Below are positions 26,138 through 34,620 of a stretch of 64,000 nucleotides of DNA, piece by piece (positions within the stretch are counted from its first letter, which is position 1; the number at the start of each line of letters is the position of its first letter). The stretch covers positions 370-64,369 of the forward strand of contig JBCCGE010000007.1 in NCBI GenBank assembly GCA_039029455.1, given 5' to 3'. The position numbers and the translations under genes were made by a program. Source of the DNA: Pseudomonadota bacterium. Its GTDB lineage: Bacteria > Pseudomonadota > Gammaproteobacteria > Arenicellales > Poriferihabitantaceae. Below the pieces are notes generated by a model. It did no database searches. It was not told the DNA's origin and saw only the letters and a program-made list of their open reading frames with translations.

Positions 26138-27196
26138 TCATGTAAACGTCGGTTGTATTCCGTGGCCGAAATCTGGCGACGGTCCGATTCTCCATGGCGC
26201 AGAGCGCCGAATGTCGCCCCAGTTTTCCTCAATCAAAAGAGGTTGTCGCAAGTCACAACTTGCAACCAGCGAGTCCTTCGGCGTTCCACAGGCCAGGCTG
26301 ACAACCGCGGCTGCGGCGACCGAACCACACCATGGTCCGTCAACGCGCACTCGCATACCGCACTCCATACAGAGATCACGCGCCGTTCGTGCTGGCACCA
26401 GACCACCCAGGAAGGCCGGTTTTATTGCCAGGGAATGCGGCAAATCTGATTCAAGCGCCTGCATGAACGCCGGCAATCCGTCCATACACTGGTCCAGCAT
26501 CACCGCTTTGCCGGTTCGTTCGATGACTTCGAGATTGTCGTCCAATACTTTACACGGCTCTTCCCAGATCAGCCGTGGATCGTCAAATTGAACCACCGTT
26601 TCAATAGCGCGCTCACGTGTCAGTCCACCGTTAAAGTCGGCGAGCACGATTTGCTCTTGACTAGCGTATTTCATCGCGATCTCGATGCGTTCTATGTCAC
26701 TTTTGAGTGAATCCACGCCAAGTTTTAACTGAAATACACGCCATAACCTCGGACTGGTGCTCAACAATGTTTCGAGCTCATCTACAGACATGGCCGTCGG
26801 CCCATAATACTCGTCCAGAATTTCCTGTCTTAATCCCCCAAGCATCTTATAGAGCGGACAGCGCAGTTGTCTTGCAGTTGCGTCCAGCATTGCGGTTTCC
26901 AGTCCGAACGCCAGACCTCTCATCTCAGGCCCCTGTCTGCGAAGGTCGACGACAACTTCCTCAAGAGCATTCTCAGATGCACCTTGCAAAGACGTCACAA
27001 CCTGATCTTCTTTTTGCGGCGCCAGGTCGTTATAAAAGCCCTTTCGAACCACCTCACCCCACCCCATTCGACCATCGGCGAACTCAAGCCGAACAAGACG
27101 AACGGGCAGATCAACCTGCGTAATGTGGGACATGACATACGGTCCGTCCCTGAATTTGTAAACGTAATCGATCAGGCTCAGATGGGTGATTTTCAT
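26138..27196 (-). CDS. Enolase-superfamily enzyme (mandelate racemase / muconate lactonizing enzyme family; epimerase/racemase/cycloisomerase type)
   Basis: 352 aa. The metal-ligand contexts are VLADFNGG, LIWEEPC and VMLDQC. An AAGGA Shine-Dalgarno sequence sits in the 5-nt gap after the upstream glycosyltransferase gene. Confidence 0.8.
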   Translation of the reverse strand: MKITHLSLIDYVYKFRDGPYVMSHITQVDLPVRLVRLEFADGRMGWGEVVRKGFYNDLAPQKEDQVVTSLQGASENALEEVVVDLRRQGPEMRGLAFGLETAMLDATARQLRCPLYKMLGGLRQEILDEYYGPTAMSVDELETLLSTSPRLWRVFQLKLGVDSLKSDIERIEIAMKYASQEQIVLADFNGGLTRERAIETVVQFDDPRLIWEEPCKVLDDNLEVIERTGKAVMLDQCMDGLPAFMQALESDLPHSLAIKPAFLGGLVPARTARDLCMECGMRVRVDGPWCGSVAAAAVVSLACGTPKDSLVASCDLRQPLLIEENWGDIRRSAPWRIGPSPDFGHGIQPTFT

Positions 27197-27201
27197 AGTC
27201 C

Positions 27202-28506
27202 TTATTCGTTCCAGATGCAGGTTTCTCTACGATTTACCCATTCGCCTGACTTAAGACAGGGCCAGGTCACGATGCGTGTCGGTGGCAGCGTAGATTCAAA
27301 TTTCAGGTAAAAAAAATGTTCATCCCGGTCCCAGACCTCTGCATGGGTCTCCTGGGTGATGTCTGTGCGATGAATCAGAAACATATTGTCGGTATGCGCA
27401 GCACAACAAATCATCTCGATATCCGATTTATCCACACCCTCAAAATGGCTGGGATCAAATTTGAATTCAATATTGTGTACCAGCTTCCCGTTATCGTTCA
27501 GCAACGCACGTTTCCGATAAATTATGCCGCTCTTCTGGATAAACTCATCACGGGTTCTGACATCGCCGAGTCCGAATTTGCCCAGTTCCAGAGAGTCATC
27601 GCCTGTACCAAAAAGAGCCCGGCATCGACTCTGTGACGTCAGATCGCGTTCATGCCAGACAGTGCTGTCCTGAATTTCACTGCGTTTATCCTCCTCGTGA
27701 TCACTCCAGTGTTTATGCAGCGTGTACATTCGCATGTACTCGTGCCAGATCACACATTTCGGCGGATGAAATACGTCATAACCATGGGTAAAGGCACGCA
27801 GCGAGATCGTGTTTTCCTCGCCGAGAAAGTAGATCTCCGGATCGTGTGGTACATCGGAAACAAACGATCCGTGCGCAAAACAAAAATGGCCTGAATACAG
27901 CGTTCCGGGCGTTGGCGCGTCCGACGGCTTAATGTGACCGGCTTGATGCATCGGCACGCCGTGATGAGTAAAGGCGCTAACAACCAAGCCATTTCCGTGT
28001 TGTTCCAGTCGCGATGTATCCGCGCATGGCTCCGTATACAAAAAGTTCAGACTGTCTGGATCCGGATCTGTTTCCTGATAGAAGGATTCCGACCCCATGG
28101 GTCGATAGTTATTGACATATGTGGTCAGCATGGGCTTTTTAATACCGTCCCGGACTAGCGTTTCGAAGGTATTAATCAGGTATGTATCCCAACCGCGAGC
28201 AAATCGATGATGAGAATCCAGATGTAGCGTATAAGGTTCACTGTCGTATTGCTGCTGGAGCTGATATCGGGCCCAGCATACGCCTTTGCTTTCCTGCCAC
28301 GGGAATTCCAGTATTTTGAACTGTGCTTTGTCTGATAGTGCATCAAGTTCAGGCTTGACCTGTTCGTACTCCGATGGACTGTGCTGCCATGCAATCGAAA
28401 ACACCAGATTTTCAGGCGCATCCGCTTTAAAAACGCAATCCTTTAAAGTCGAAACCAGCTCTGGGTCACGATACGAGGCAATTTGAACAAAAATCTTCGA
28501 ATTCAC
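27202..28506 (-). CDS. GT60/GT27-like polypeptide glycosyltransferase, paralog a (Pfam 'GlcNAc' / Skp1-HyPro GlcNAc-transferase Gnt1-like)
   Basis: The motifs are IFVQIASYRDPEL, YTLHLDSHHRF (a DxH metal motif like LDSHCE of ppGalNAc-transferases) and GHFCFAHGSFVSDVPHDPEIYFLGEENTISLRAFTHGYDVFHP. The ORF-track start at 28581 would include a terminator hairpin, so the likely start is GTG 28506 or TTG 28515. A C-terminal domain of roughly 130 aa is unassigned. Confidence 0.75.
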   Translation of the reverse strand: MNSKIFVQIASYRDPELVSTLKDCVFKADAPENLVFSIAWQHSPSEYEQVKPELDALSDKAQFKILEFPWQESKGVCWARYQLQQQYDSEPYTLHLDSHHRFARGWDTYLINTFETLVRDGIKKPMLTTYVNNYRPMGSESFYQETDPDPDSLNFLYTEPCADTSRLEQHGNGLVVSAFTHHGVPMHQAGHIKPSDAPTPGTLYSGHFCFAHGSFVSDVPHDPEIYFLGEENTISLRAFTHGYDVFHPPKCVIWHEYMRMYTLHKHWSDHEEDKRSEIQDSTVWHERDLTSQSRCRALFGTGDDSLELGKFGLGDVRTRDEFIQKSGIIYRKRALLNDNGKLVHNIEFKFDPSHFEGVDKSDIEMICCAAHTDNMFLIHRTDITQETHAEVWDRDEHFFYLKFESTLPPTRIVTWPCLKSGEWVNRRETCIWNE

Positions 28507-28518
28507 TTCCTTCAACGC

Positions 28519-28547
28519 ATAAAAAAGCCGACTTACGGAGTCGGCTT
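28519..28547 (-). terminator. Rho-independent terminator downstream of exported-protein gene P2
   Basis: The minus strand reads AAGCCGACT-ccgta-AGTCGGCTT followed by TTTTTTAT. That is a perfect 9-bp GC-rich stem with a 5-nt loop and a T6 run. Confidence 0.85.
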
Positions 28548-28651
28548 GTTTGGTCAATCTCTGTCGTAGAGGCCAGACCACACTGCATCCGTGTAATCCG
28601 TCCTATCACACGGAATCGGCCCAAATTCTACACTTGGTTAATTTGACTTGG

Positions 28652-28987
28652 TTAAGGGGGAGCCGTCGGTGATGGCGATGGGCTCGTCGACATTGAAACA
28701 AGTGGAGCCGACGGACTCGGTGACATCATGGGAGTTTGTGAAACCATAGGCGATGGTGTTGGCGGTGGCTGTGTCGTCCCTCCGCCCGGACCGCCGCCTG
28801 TATCGGTGGTGGCCGCATGTGCAGGCATAACCACAGATCGAACCGTCGGCTTCACCCATTCTTTGTCGAGGGTTTGTGTAATGCCTATGGCACCACTTGC
28901 AGCCAGCAGTTTGCTGATTGCTTTTCGTCTGGATGTCGTTCTATCCAGTTCTTCACGGGACACGGATTTTTTATCATTTGTGCTCAC
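28652..28987 (-). CDS. Exported protein P2: same PAHA leader as P1, followed by a Ser/Thr/Pro-rich tail (or a frameshifted C-terminus)
   Basis: The preferred start is GTG at 28987, with GGAG 6 nt upstream; the ORF-track start is TTG at 28999. The leader ...TSRRKAISKLLAASGAIGITQTLDKEWVKPTVRSVVMPAHA is followed by ATTDTGGGPGGGTTQPPPTPSP.... A second open frame (28638..28859) overlaps the 3' half. Confidence 0.6.
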   Translation of the reverse strand: MSTNDKKSVSREELDRTTSRRKAISKLLAASGAIGITQTLDKEWVKPTVRSVVMPAHAATTDTGGGPGGGTTQPPPTPSPMVSQTPMMSPSPSAPLVSMSTSPSPSPTAPP

Positions 28988-29493
28988 TGTGTTCTCCAAA
29001 TTTTACGCCCATAGAATTCAATGAAATATTAGTGGCGATTGAGGACAAAGTCAATCTGTACCGCAGAAGCCATGTACAATTTCCCTTATTTTTTAATGGC
29101 TTAGCTCGTAAACCAACCCAATCAGAATGCTGGCGAGAAGATTGGATCGTGTCAATCTGCGGTTTAAATTCGTTTAGCGTTATTCAATTCAAAAGAAACC
29201 ATTGGATTTTGTATCGATGGCTTTTTCCCTGCTCTTTCGAAAAAAGGCGCTATGCGCCGGTCAATCCGCAACTGGCATCAGACAACTACGCGTCACCGCC
29301 TCAAAATTCTGATTTTGATCGTAAATACAACATAACTGTGTAAGTATCCATCACCAAAGTTGTGCCTCGCCAGAATCTTCTCTCAGGGTGGTGTTCTCTT
29401 TGCGGAAATTGTCCACCGCTTATCAATAGAAACCTGACAACAACGAACTCATTCGCAGTATAAGAATATTTCGAACACCCCGAATCACTGTCC

Positions 29494-30765
29494 GTGCCCT
29501 CTGATCAATCACGCATACTTCTGCATATCCCGGCCTATCGCGAGCCAGAGTTGATCCCGACAATAGAAGACGCGCTGCAGCAGGCCAAATATCCCGAGCG
29601 CGTTGTCTTCGGGATTTGTCGACAATTCAGCGAAACTGATGGTTTTGACAATCTCGATCGATATCGATCAGACCCTCGCTTCAAGATTATCGATATGCCT
29701 CACACTGAAGCCAGGGGACTCGCATACGCCAGAGCATTGATCAACGACACGCTGCTCGACGATGAAGAATATATTCTCCAGCTGGATTCTCATCATCGCT
29801 TTGCCCATCATTGGGATGACACTCTGATCACCTGGCACCGGGATCTTGAGCGAGATGGATACAACCCAATCCTCACTGGCTATCTGCCCAGCTACAACCC
29901 CAAAAACGACCCGGATGAGCGCGTTCAGGAGCCCTGGATGCAGCGCGTCAACTATTTTTTCAGCCACGGCACTATCTTTATCCAACCGGTCTTGCTAACG
30001 GACTGGGAAAACTGTGATGCTCCAGTGCCGTCTCGTTTTATCTCGGGTCACTTTGCGTTTGCACGGAACGCCTGGGCGAAAACAGTTCGCCACGATCCGG
30101 GAATTTTTTTCTCAGGTGAGGAAATTTCACTAACCGTGCGCTCCTACACCCACGGCTATGATCTTTTTCATCCGCACAGAGTCGTTGTCTGGCATGAAAC
30201 CATGCGTGATTCTCGAGACGGCAAACTCGTATGGGATGACATGGCAAAAACCGACCGCAGCGACCAGTTCTGGCAGAAGGAGTCTGACGCCCGTGCTCGC
30301 ATTCGTCATCTTCTCGGAAGCAGTGATGAGTCGCATGATATGACAGGGTTCGAGTTAGGCACAGTCAGAACACTTGGCGAATACGAGCGTTATGCTGGCA
30401 TACATTTTGCCAGCCGACGGGTTCAGCCAGAAACGTATGATGCAAGGTTTCCACCCAACCCTTTTCAAAGCGATGACCAGTGGACAGAGTCGCTAAAGTA
30501 TATCGGTGCCTGCCATTTCCAGATCACTTCACGAGACTTTCCGTCAAAGGACTACGATTTCATTCTGGTCGCCTTTGACGATGATCAGGGACTCTGTATC
30601 AGACGATTAAACGTATCGGGCGCCCCGTTAAAGTCGTTGATGGAGCAGGGTACCGAGGTTACAGTCAACGAACGCTTCTTATCCGACGTTAGGATTGCCC
30701 GAGTTGTTTGCTGGGGATATAGTGACGCACGCGGCTGGCTTGAACGAACCGAAATCCGTCTCTAA
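29494..30765 (+). CDS. GT60/GT27-like polypeptide glycosyltransferase, paralog b
   Basis: The motifs are ILLHIPAYREPEL, YILQLDSHHRF and GHFAFARNAWAKTVRHDPGIFFSGEEISLTVRSYTHGYDLFHP, colinear with 27202..28506. The start is GTG. 423 aa. Confidence 0.75.
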   Translation: MPSDQSRILLHIPAYREPELIPTIEDALQQAKYPERVVFGICRQFSETDGFDNLDRYRSDPRFKIIDMPHTEARGLAYARALINDTLLDDEEYILQLDSHHRFAHHWDDTLITWHRDLERDGYNPILTGYLPSYNPKNDPDERVQEPWMQRVNYFFSHGTIFIQPVLLTDWENCDAPVPSRFISGHFAFARNAWAKTVRHDPGIFFSGEEISLTVRSYTHGYDLFHPHRVVVWHETMRDSRDGKLVWDDMAKTDRSDQFWQKESDARARIRHLLGSSDESHDMTGFELGTVRTLGEYERYAGIHFASRRVQPETYDARFPPNPFQSDDQWTESLKYIGACHFQITSRDFPSKDYDFILVAFDDDQGLCIRRLNVSGAPLKSLMEQGTEVTVNERFLSDVRIARVVCWGYSDARGWLERTEIRL

Positions 30766-30772
30766 ACACGCG

Positions 30773-32362
30773 ATGACCCAATCAGACGTAACTTATGTAA
30801 CCGGCCTTTGGGACCTGTCACGGCCAGGGCGCGATTTTGGCAGTCACTATCTGCATTACTTCTCCCAGCTGCTTGAACTGGATATCGCGCTGTACATATT
30901 CGCTGACGAGTCCCTCAAGGATTGGGTGTTTGAACGACGCAGTGAAAAAAATACAGTTTTTCATGGTTTTAGCCTCGACGAGATCAAGCACTTTTATCAG
31001 GATCACTGGGATGCCACCCAAAAAATTCGCACGGACTCTGAATGGCAGTCGCAGGCTGAATGGTTGCGACAATCACCCCAGGCAACTTTGGAATTCTACA
31101 ACCCGATTGTGCAGTCGAAACTGCCCTGGTTGAATGACGTCACTTTTTTTGACCCGTTCAAATCAGAGGAGTATTTCTGGATTGATGCCGGAATTACGCA
31201 CACTGTGCGTGCTGACCTTCTGTCAGAGGTGCTCGGGATGCCTCGATCGAATCGATTTATTTTTCTGACCTACCCTCATCACGGCGATTCTGAGATTCAT
31301 GGCTTTGATCGAACGGGGATGAATCAATACTGCAACATGAACTTCGTCGATCGTATCAGTCGCGGTGGTTTCTTTGGCGGGGATAAATTCCACATCAATA
31401 CGCTGAATGGTATCTATCACGAACTTTTAAAAGAAACCCAGGATGCGGGGTACATGGGGACAGAGGAAAGCATCTTCACCATCATGTCCTACCGACATCC
31501 CGAGATCATCAAGACATTTGAGCTGGAAAACGGTCTGTTACAGCCCTATTTCGAAGACCTTCGGTCCCACTCCTTAACTCAGGAAACAATACTGTACATC
31601 CAGACTTACAACACTCCCGAGCAGGTTCGCTGTTTGCTTGAATCGATGAATCAATATGATCCCGACTTGCTCAAACGACCAAAAGTTGTGTTGCTGGACA
31701 ATTCAGACGACCCTGAAGTTGAAGCGGGCTATCAGTCACTTTGTGGGGAATTTCCATTCATAGAGCGCTTAAAGCGCGACAACCCGGGAATTACCGGAGG
31801 TCGGGTGCTGGCTGCCGAGCATTTTGAAACCACCGATGCCGTGCAGTACCTGTATTTCGAAGACGACATGATGCTTTTCGATGGCCACAGTACCGATCGT
31901 CAGGGGTTCCCCCGACGAATCGATGGTCTGTATCAGAAACTCTGCAAAATCATGGAAGCCGAGGGCTTTGATTTTTTGAAATTAAACTTTCAGGAGCTGT
32001 ACGCCATCAACACAACGAATACCGCCTGGTTCAATGTGTCACAGAGGGTGCGCCAGAAAGCGTGGCCAGACACCTCAAGCGGACCGCCATACACGCAGTT
32101 CGATCGCATAAAATCCATGTACGGTCTGGCCTACGCGAGTGGCGACATTTTTTACGCGAACTGGCCTCACATAATGAGCCGATCAGCCAATCGGAGAATA
32201 TTTCTTGACCAGAAAATTCAGCACCCAAGCGAGCACAACGTCATGGCACACTGCTACGAACTATGGATGCAGGGTGACTTGAATGTTGCGGTTTTACTGG
32301 CGTCCCCTATCGAGCACAACCGCATCCATGACTATGATCGAACTGCAAGAAAAGAGTATTAG
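30773..32362 (+). CDS. Two-domain putative glycosyltransferase (N-terminal WlaTC/HtrL-like domain + C-terminal GT-A/GT2-like domain)
   Basis: ATG at 30773 lies 7 nt after the upstream stop; the ORF-track start at 30695 overlaps the upstream gene. The N-domain has YVTGLWDLSR...YFWIDAGITHTV. The C-domain has ILYIQTYNTPEQV..VVLLDNSDDPE..YLYFEDDMMLF (acidic DxD-like motifs). Confidence 0.6.
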   Translation: MTQSDVTYVTGLWDLSRPGRDFGSHYLHYFSQLLELDIALYIFADESLKDWVFERRSEKNTVFHGFSLDEIKHFYQDHWDATQKIRTDSEWQSQAEWLRQSPQATLEFYNPIVQSKLPWLNDVTFFDPFKSEEYFWIDAGITHTVRADLLSEVLGMPRSNRFIFLTYPHHGDSEIHGFDRTGMNQYCNMNFVDRISRGGFFGGDKFHINTLNGIYHELLKETQDAGYMGTEESIFTIMSYRHPEIIKTFELENGLLQPYFEDLRSHSLTQETILYIQTYNTPEQVRCLLESMNQYDPDLLKRPKVVLLDNSDDPEVEAGYQSLCGEFPFIERLKRDNPGITGGRVLAAEHFETTDAVQYLYFEDDMMLFDGHSTDRQGFPRRIDGLYQKLCKIMEAEGFDFLKLNFQELYAINTTNTAWFNVSQRVRQKAWPDTSSGPPYTQFDRIKSMYGLAYASGDIFYANWPHIMSRSANRRIFLDQKIQHPSEHNVMAHCYELWMQGDLNVAVLLASPIEHNRIHDYDRTARKEY

Positions 32363-32365
32363 TGC

Positions 32366-33304
32366 ATGTCTATACTAATTGATATCCGAGCAGACGACTG
32401 GATGACCGAGGAACAACTTGAGAGTTTTTTGCAGCCACTGCTTCCCGGGGTGTCGATGCACTGCCGTGATGCGGGCGAACAAAAAGCCGACGTCACCATG
32501 ATCGCCACCGCGCAACTTCGACCCGGCATCCTCAGCGAATACCCTAACGTACGTCTGATTCAAAAACTCGGAGCTGGTGTCGACGCCATAGTGTCGGATT
32601 CGGACGTCAATAGAAAAAATATCCGCGTCTGTCGGCTTAAACCCGATATGCCCGCACACGAAATTGCTGAATACTGTCTGACCTACGTGCTGCATTTCCA
32701 GCGTCAAGTCGCACACTACGACCAGGCTCAAAAAAACGGTCTCTGGAAGCCCTTACCACCGATGAAAGCCAGTGAGACTACCGTATGCGTGCTGGGTCTT
32801 GGACATATCGGAGCACGAACAGCCGACTACTTTGCACATATGGGGTATCGCGTAATCGGTTGGAGCCGATCGCAAAAACATCTGCCCGATGTCGACTGCC
32901 GCGCAGGGGAAGACGCGTTATCTGATGTTCTCGCTACCGGAGACTACGTTGTTTCAATCCTGCCCTCCACCGAATTAACGAGGAATCTGATCAACAGCGA
33001 AACACTGTCCGGCATGAAGTCATCGGCCGTATTGATCAACGCCGGCCGCGGCGATCTGGTCAATCAGGAAGATCTGCTCGAGGCATTGGATCAGGGAACA
33101 ATCAAAGCCGCTGTTCTCGACGTTTTCCAGCAGGAGCCTGTGCCCGCAGATCATCCGCTCTGGACCCACCCCAATGTCATTATGACACCCCACGTTTCCG
33201 GCTGGCATCTGGACGATGGGCTTGATGTGGTCGCAAAGAATTATCTCGCACTCATTAACAATCAACCTCTCGCCCACGAGGTCGATATACACGCAGGGTA
33301 CTAA
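32366..33304 (+). CDS. D-isomer-specific 2-hydroxyacid dehydrogenase (GhrA/glyoxylate-hydroxypyruvate reductase-like)
   Basis: It has the NAD fold VCVLGLGHIGARTADYF and the catalytic contexts INAGRGDLV and TPHVSG. The start lies 3 nt after the upstream stop. Confidence 0.85.
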   Translation: MSILIDIRADDWMTEEQLESFLQPLLPGVSMHCRDAGEQKADVTMIATAQLRPGILSEYPNVRLIQKLGAGVDAIVSDSDVNRKNIRVCRLKPDMPAHEIAEYCLTYVLHFQRQVAHYDQAQKNGLWKPLPPMKASETTVCVLGLGHIGARTADYFAHMGYRVIGWSRSQKHLPDVDCRAGEDALSDVLATGDYVVSILPSTELTRNLINSETLSGMKSSAVLINAGRGDLVNQEDLLEALDQGTIKAAVLDVFQQEPVPADHPLWTHPNVIMTPHVSGWHLDDGLDVVAKNYLALINNQPLAHEVDIHAGY

Positions 33305-33330
33305 TCACGAGAATCACCGCATAGTCACTC

Positions 33331-33513
33331 GTCATTGAGAGCCGAAGGCGAACCAATCTCGTAGCGAATCCGAACAGCAAAACAAAACCACCAGATTGCC
33401 GCAGTCGCTTACGCTCCTTCGCAATGACGTTCCTTTTGCAGTTGCCACCCTACCCAGCACTGCGAGCCTTCATCCGTCATTGCGAACCGAAGGCTTCGCA
33501 GACCTTCGTAATG
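33331..33513. repeat. BIME-like cluster B of alternating inverted REP-type motifs
   Basis: Y lies at 33331..33360 (GTCATTGAGAGCCGAAGGCGAACCAATCTC). X lies at 33394..33428 (GATTGCCGCAGTCGCTTACGCTCCTTCGCAATGAC). Y2 lies at 33476..33513. The cluster sits between convergent genes. Confidence 0.8.
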
Positions 33514-33522
33514 GTCACCTGT

Positions 33523-34617
33523 CTATATTAATGCGCGTATCGCATCCAGCGTGCGGTCAATATGATCGTACTCCGCAACCGTAATACGAATGTGGTCAGG
33601 CAGGTGATAGCCTGCCATCGAACGGATCATGACGCCCTGGGAACGCAGCGTTGAATCTATTTGCTTTGCATTCAGCGAGCAGCCCTCAGGTATTTTCGCC
33701 AGCACAAAATTGGTCTGACTCGGATACGGCGCGAAACCAAGTGCGGTCAAGCCATCGGCCAGATAGGTCCGGGCTTCGTGCGCATGTTTAAGCGTCTGCT
33801 CAACAAATAACTCATCGTTCATCGCTGCACTCGCAGCGGCGACAGAGAGCGATGACAAATTATTCGGCTGACGAAACCGGTGCATCAGATTGGCCATATA
33901 GATCGGGAAATAACCCCAGCCAATGCGCAATCCCGCCAGTCCATGGACCTTTGAAAACGTTCGCAACATGACAACGTTATCAAATTCTTCAACCATGCCC
34001 GCACCCGCATCGTAGTGTTCATTGTCGACATATTCGGCATACGCAGAATCCAGTACCAGCACCACGTCTTTCGGTAAGGCGGTATGAAGATTCGTAATTT
34101 GCTCTAGGGTCGACATTACGCCAACCGGGTTCTGCGGGTTATCCACAAACACGATCCGTGTACGTTCTGTCACGCACGCTGCCAGGCTGGCGACGTCCAG
34201 CGCCACGCTGCTGATTTCAGGCATTACGATGTTCGCGTCCACGACCTGTGCCGAGGTACGAAAGTACATGTAGCTGTAAGGACCCACGACAATTTCATCA
34301 CCGGGATTGCAGAATAATCGACACAACATTGAGATCAGTTCGCTGGATCCGTTGCCACAAACAATCCCGTCCGCGTTCAGCCCGTGACGTTCAGCAAGTT
34401 GCTGTCGAAGATTGCGCGCACTGCCCTCAGAATAGTAGTTCGCCGACCCTGCAGCGTGGGTAATAGCTTCGATCACCTTCGGAGACGGCGACAACCAGTG
34501 CTCGTTGTTATCGAGATGGCTCAGCGTCAGCGATGCGTCTGTTATGGGTGCACCCAGAGGATAGTCCGCCAGATCAGCAATGCACTGCCGTGGCTGTGGT
34601 CTTGGTTGAGATGCCAT
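33523..34617 (-). CDS. PLP-dependent aminotransferase, class I/II (histidinol-phosphate aminotransferase-like)
   Basis: 364 aa. The PLP-lysine context is LRTFSKVHGLAGLRIGWGY, with NPQNPVG upstream. This layout is typical of HisC/CobD-like enzymes. Confidence 0.8.
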   Translation of the reverse strand: MASQPRPQPRQCIADLADYPLGAPITDASLTLSHLDNNEHWLSPSPKVIEAITHAAGSANYYSEGSARNLRQQLAERHGLNADGIVCGNGSSELISMLCRLFCNPGDEIVVGPYSYMYFRTSAQVVDANIVMPEISSVALDVASLAACVTERTRIVFVDNPQNPVGVMSTLEQITNLHTALPKDVVLVLDSAYAEYVDNEHYDAGAGMVEEFDNVVMLRTFSKVHGLAGLRIGWGYFPIYMANLMHRFRQPNNLSSLSVAAASAAMNDELFVEQTLKHAHEARTYLADGLTALGFAPYPSQTNFVLAKIPEGCSLNAKQIDSTLRSQGVMIRSMAGYHLPDHIRITVAEYDHIDRTLDAIRALI

Positions 34618-34620
34618 TTC

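Noticed and set aside
26107-26232. Upstream 42-codon extension of the TIGR02466-like ORF (ORF-track start 26232)
   Set aside because: It would overlap the 3' end of the enolase-superfamily gene by 95 nt. The family-typical N-terminus (MERLHLFPTPV) begins at the ATG at 26106.
28918-29343. 141-aa plus-strand ORF in the long P2/GT60b intergenic region
   Set aside because: It overlaps the 5' end of the P2 gene in antisense. It has odd Phe/Cys/Trp-rich composition in AT-rich DNA, no Shine-Dalgarno sequence and no motif. It is more likely non-coding control DNA.
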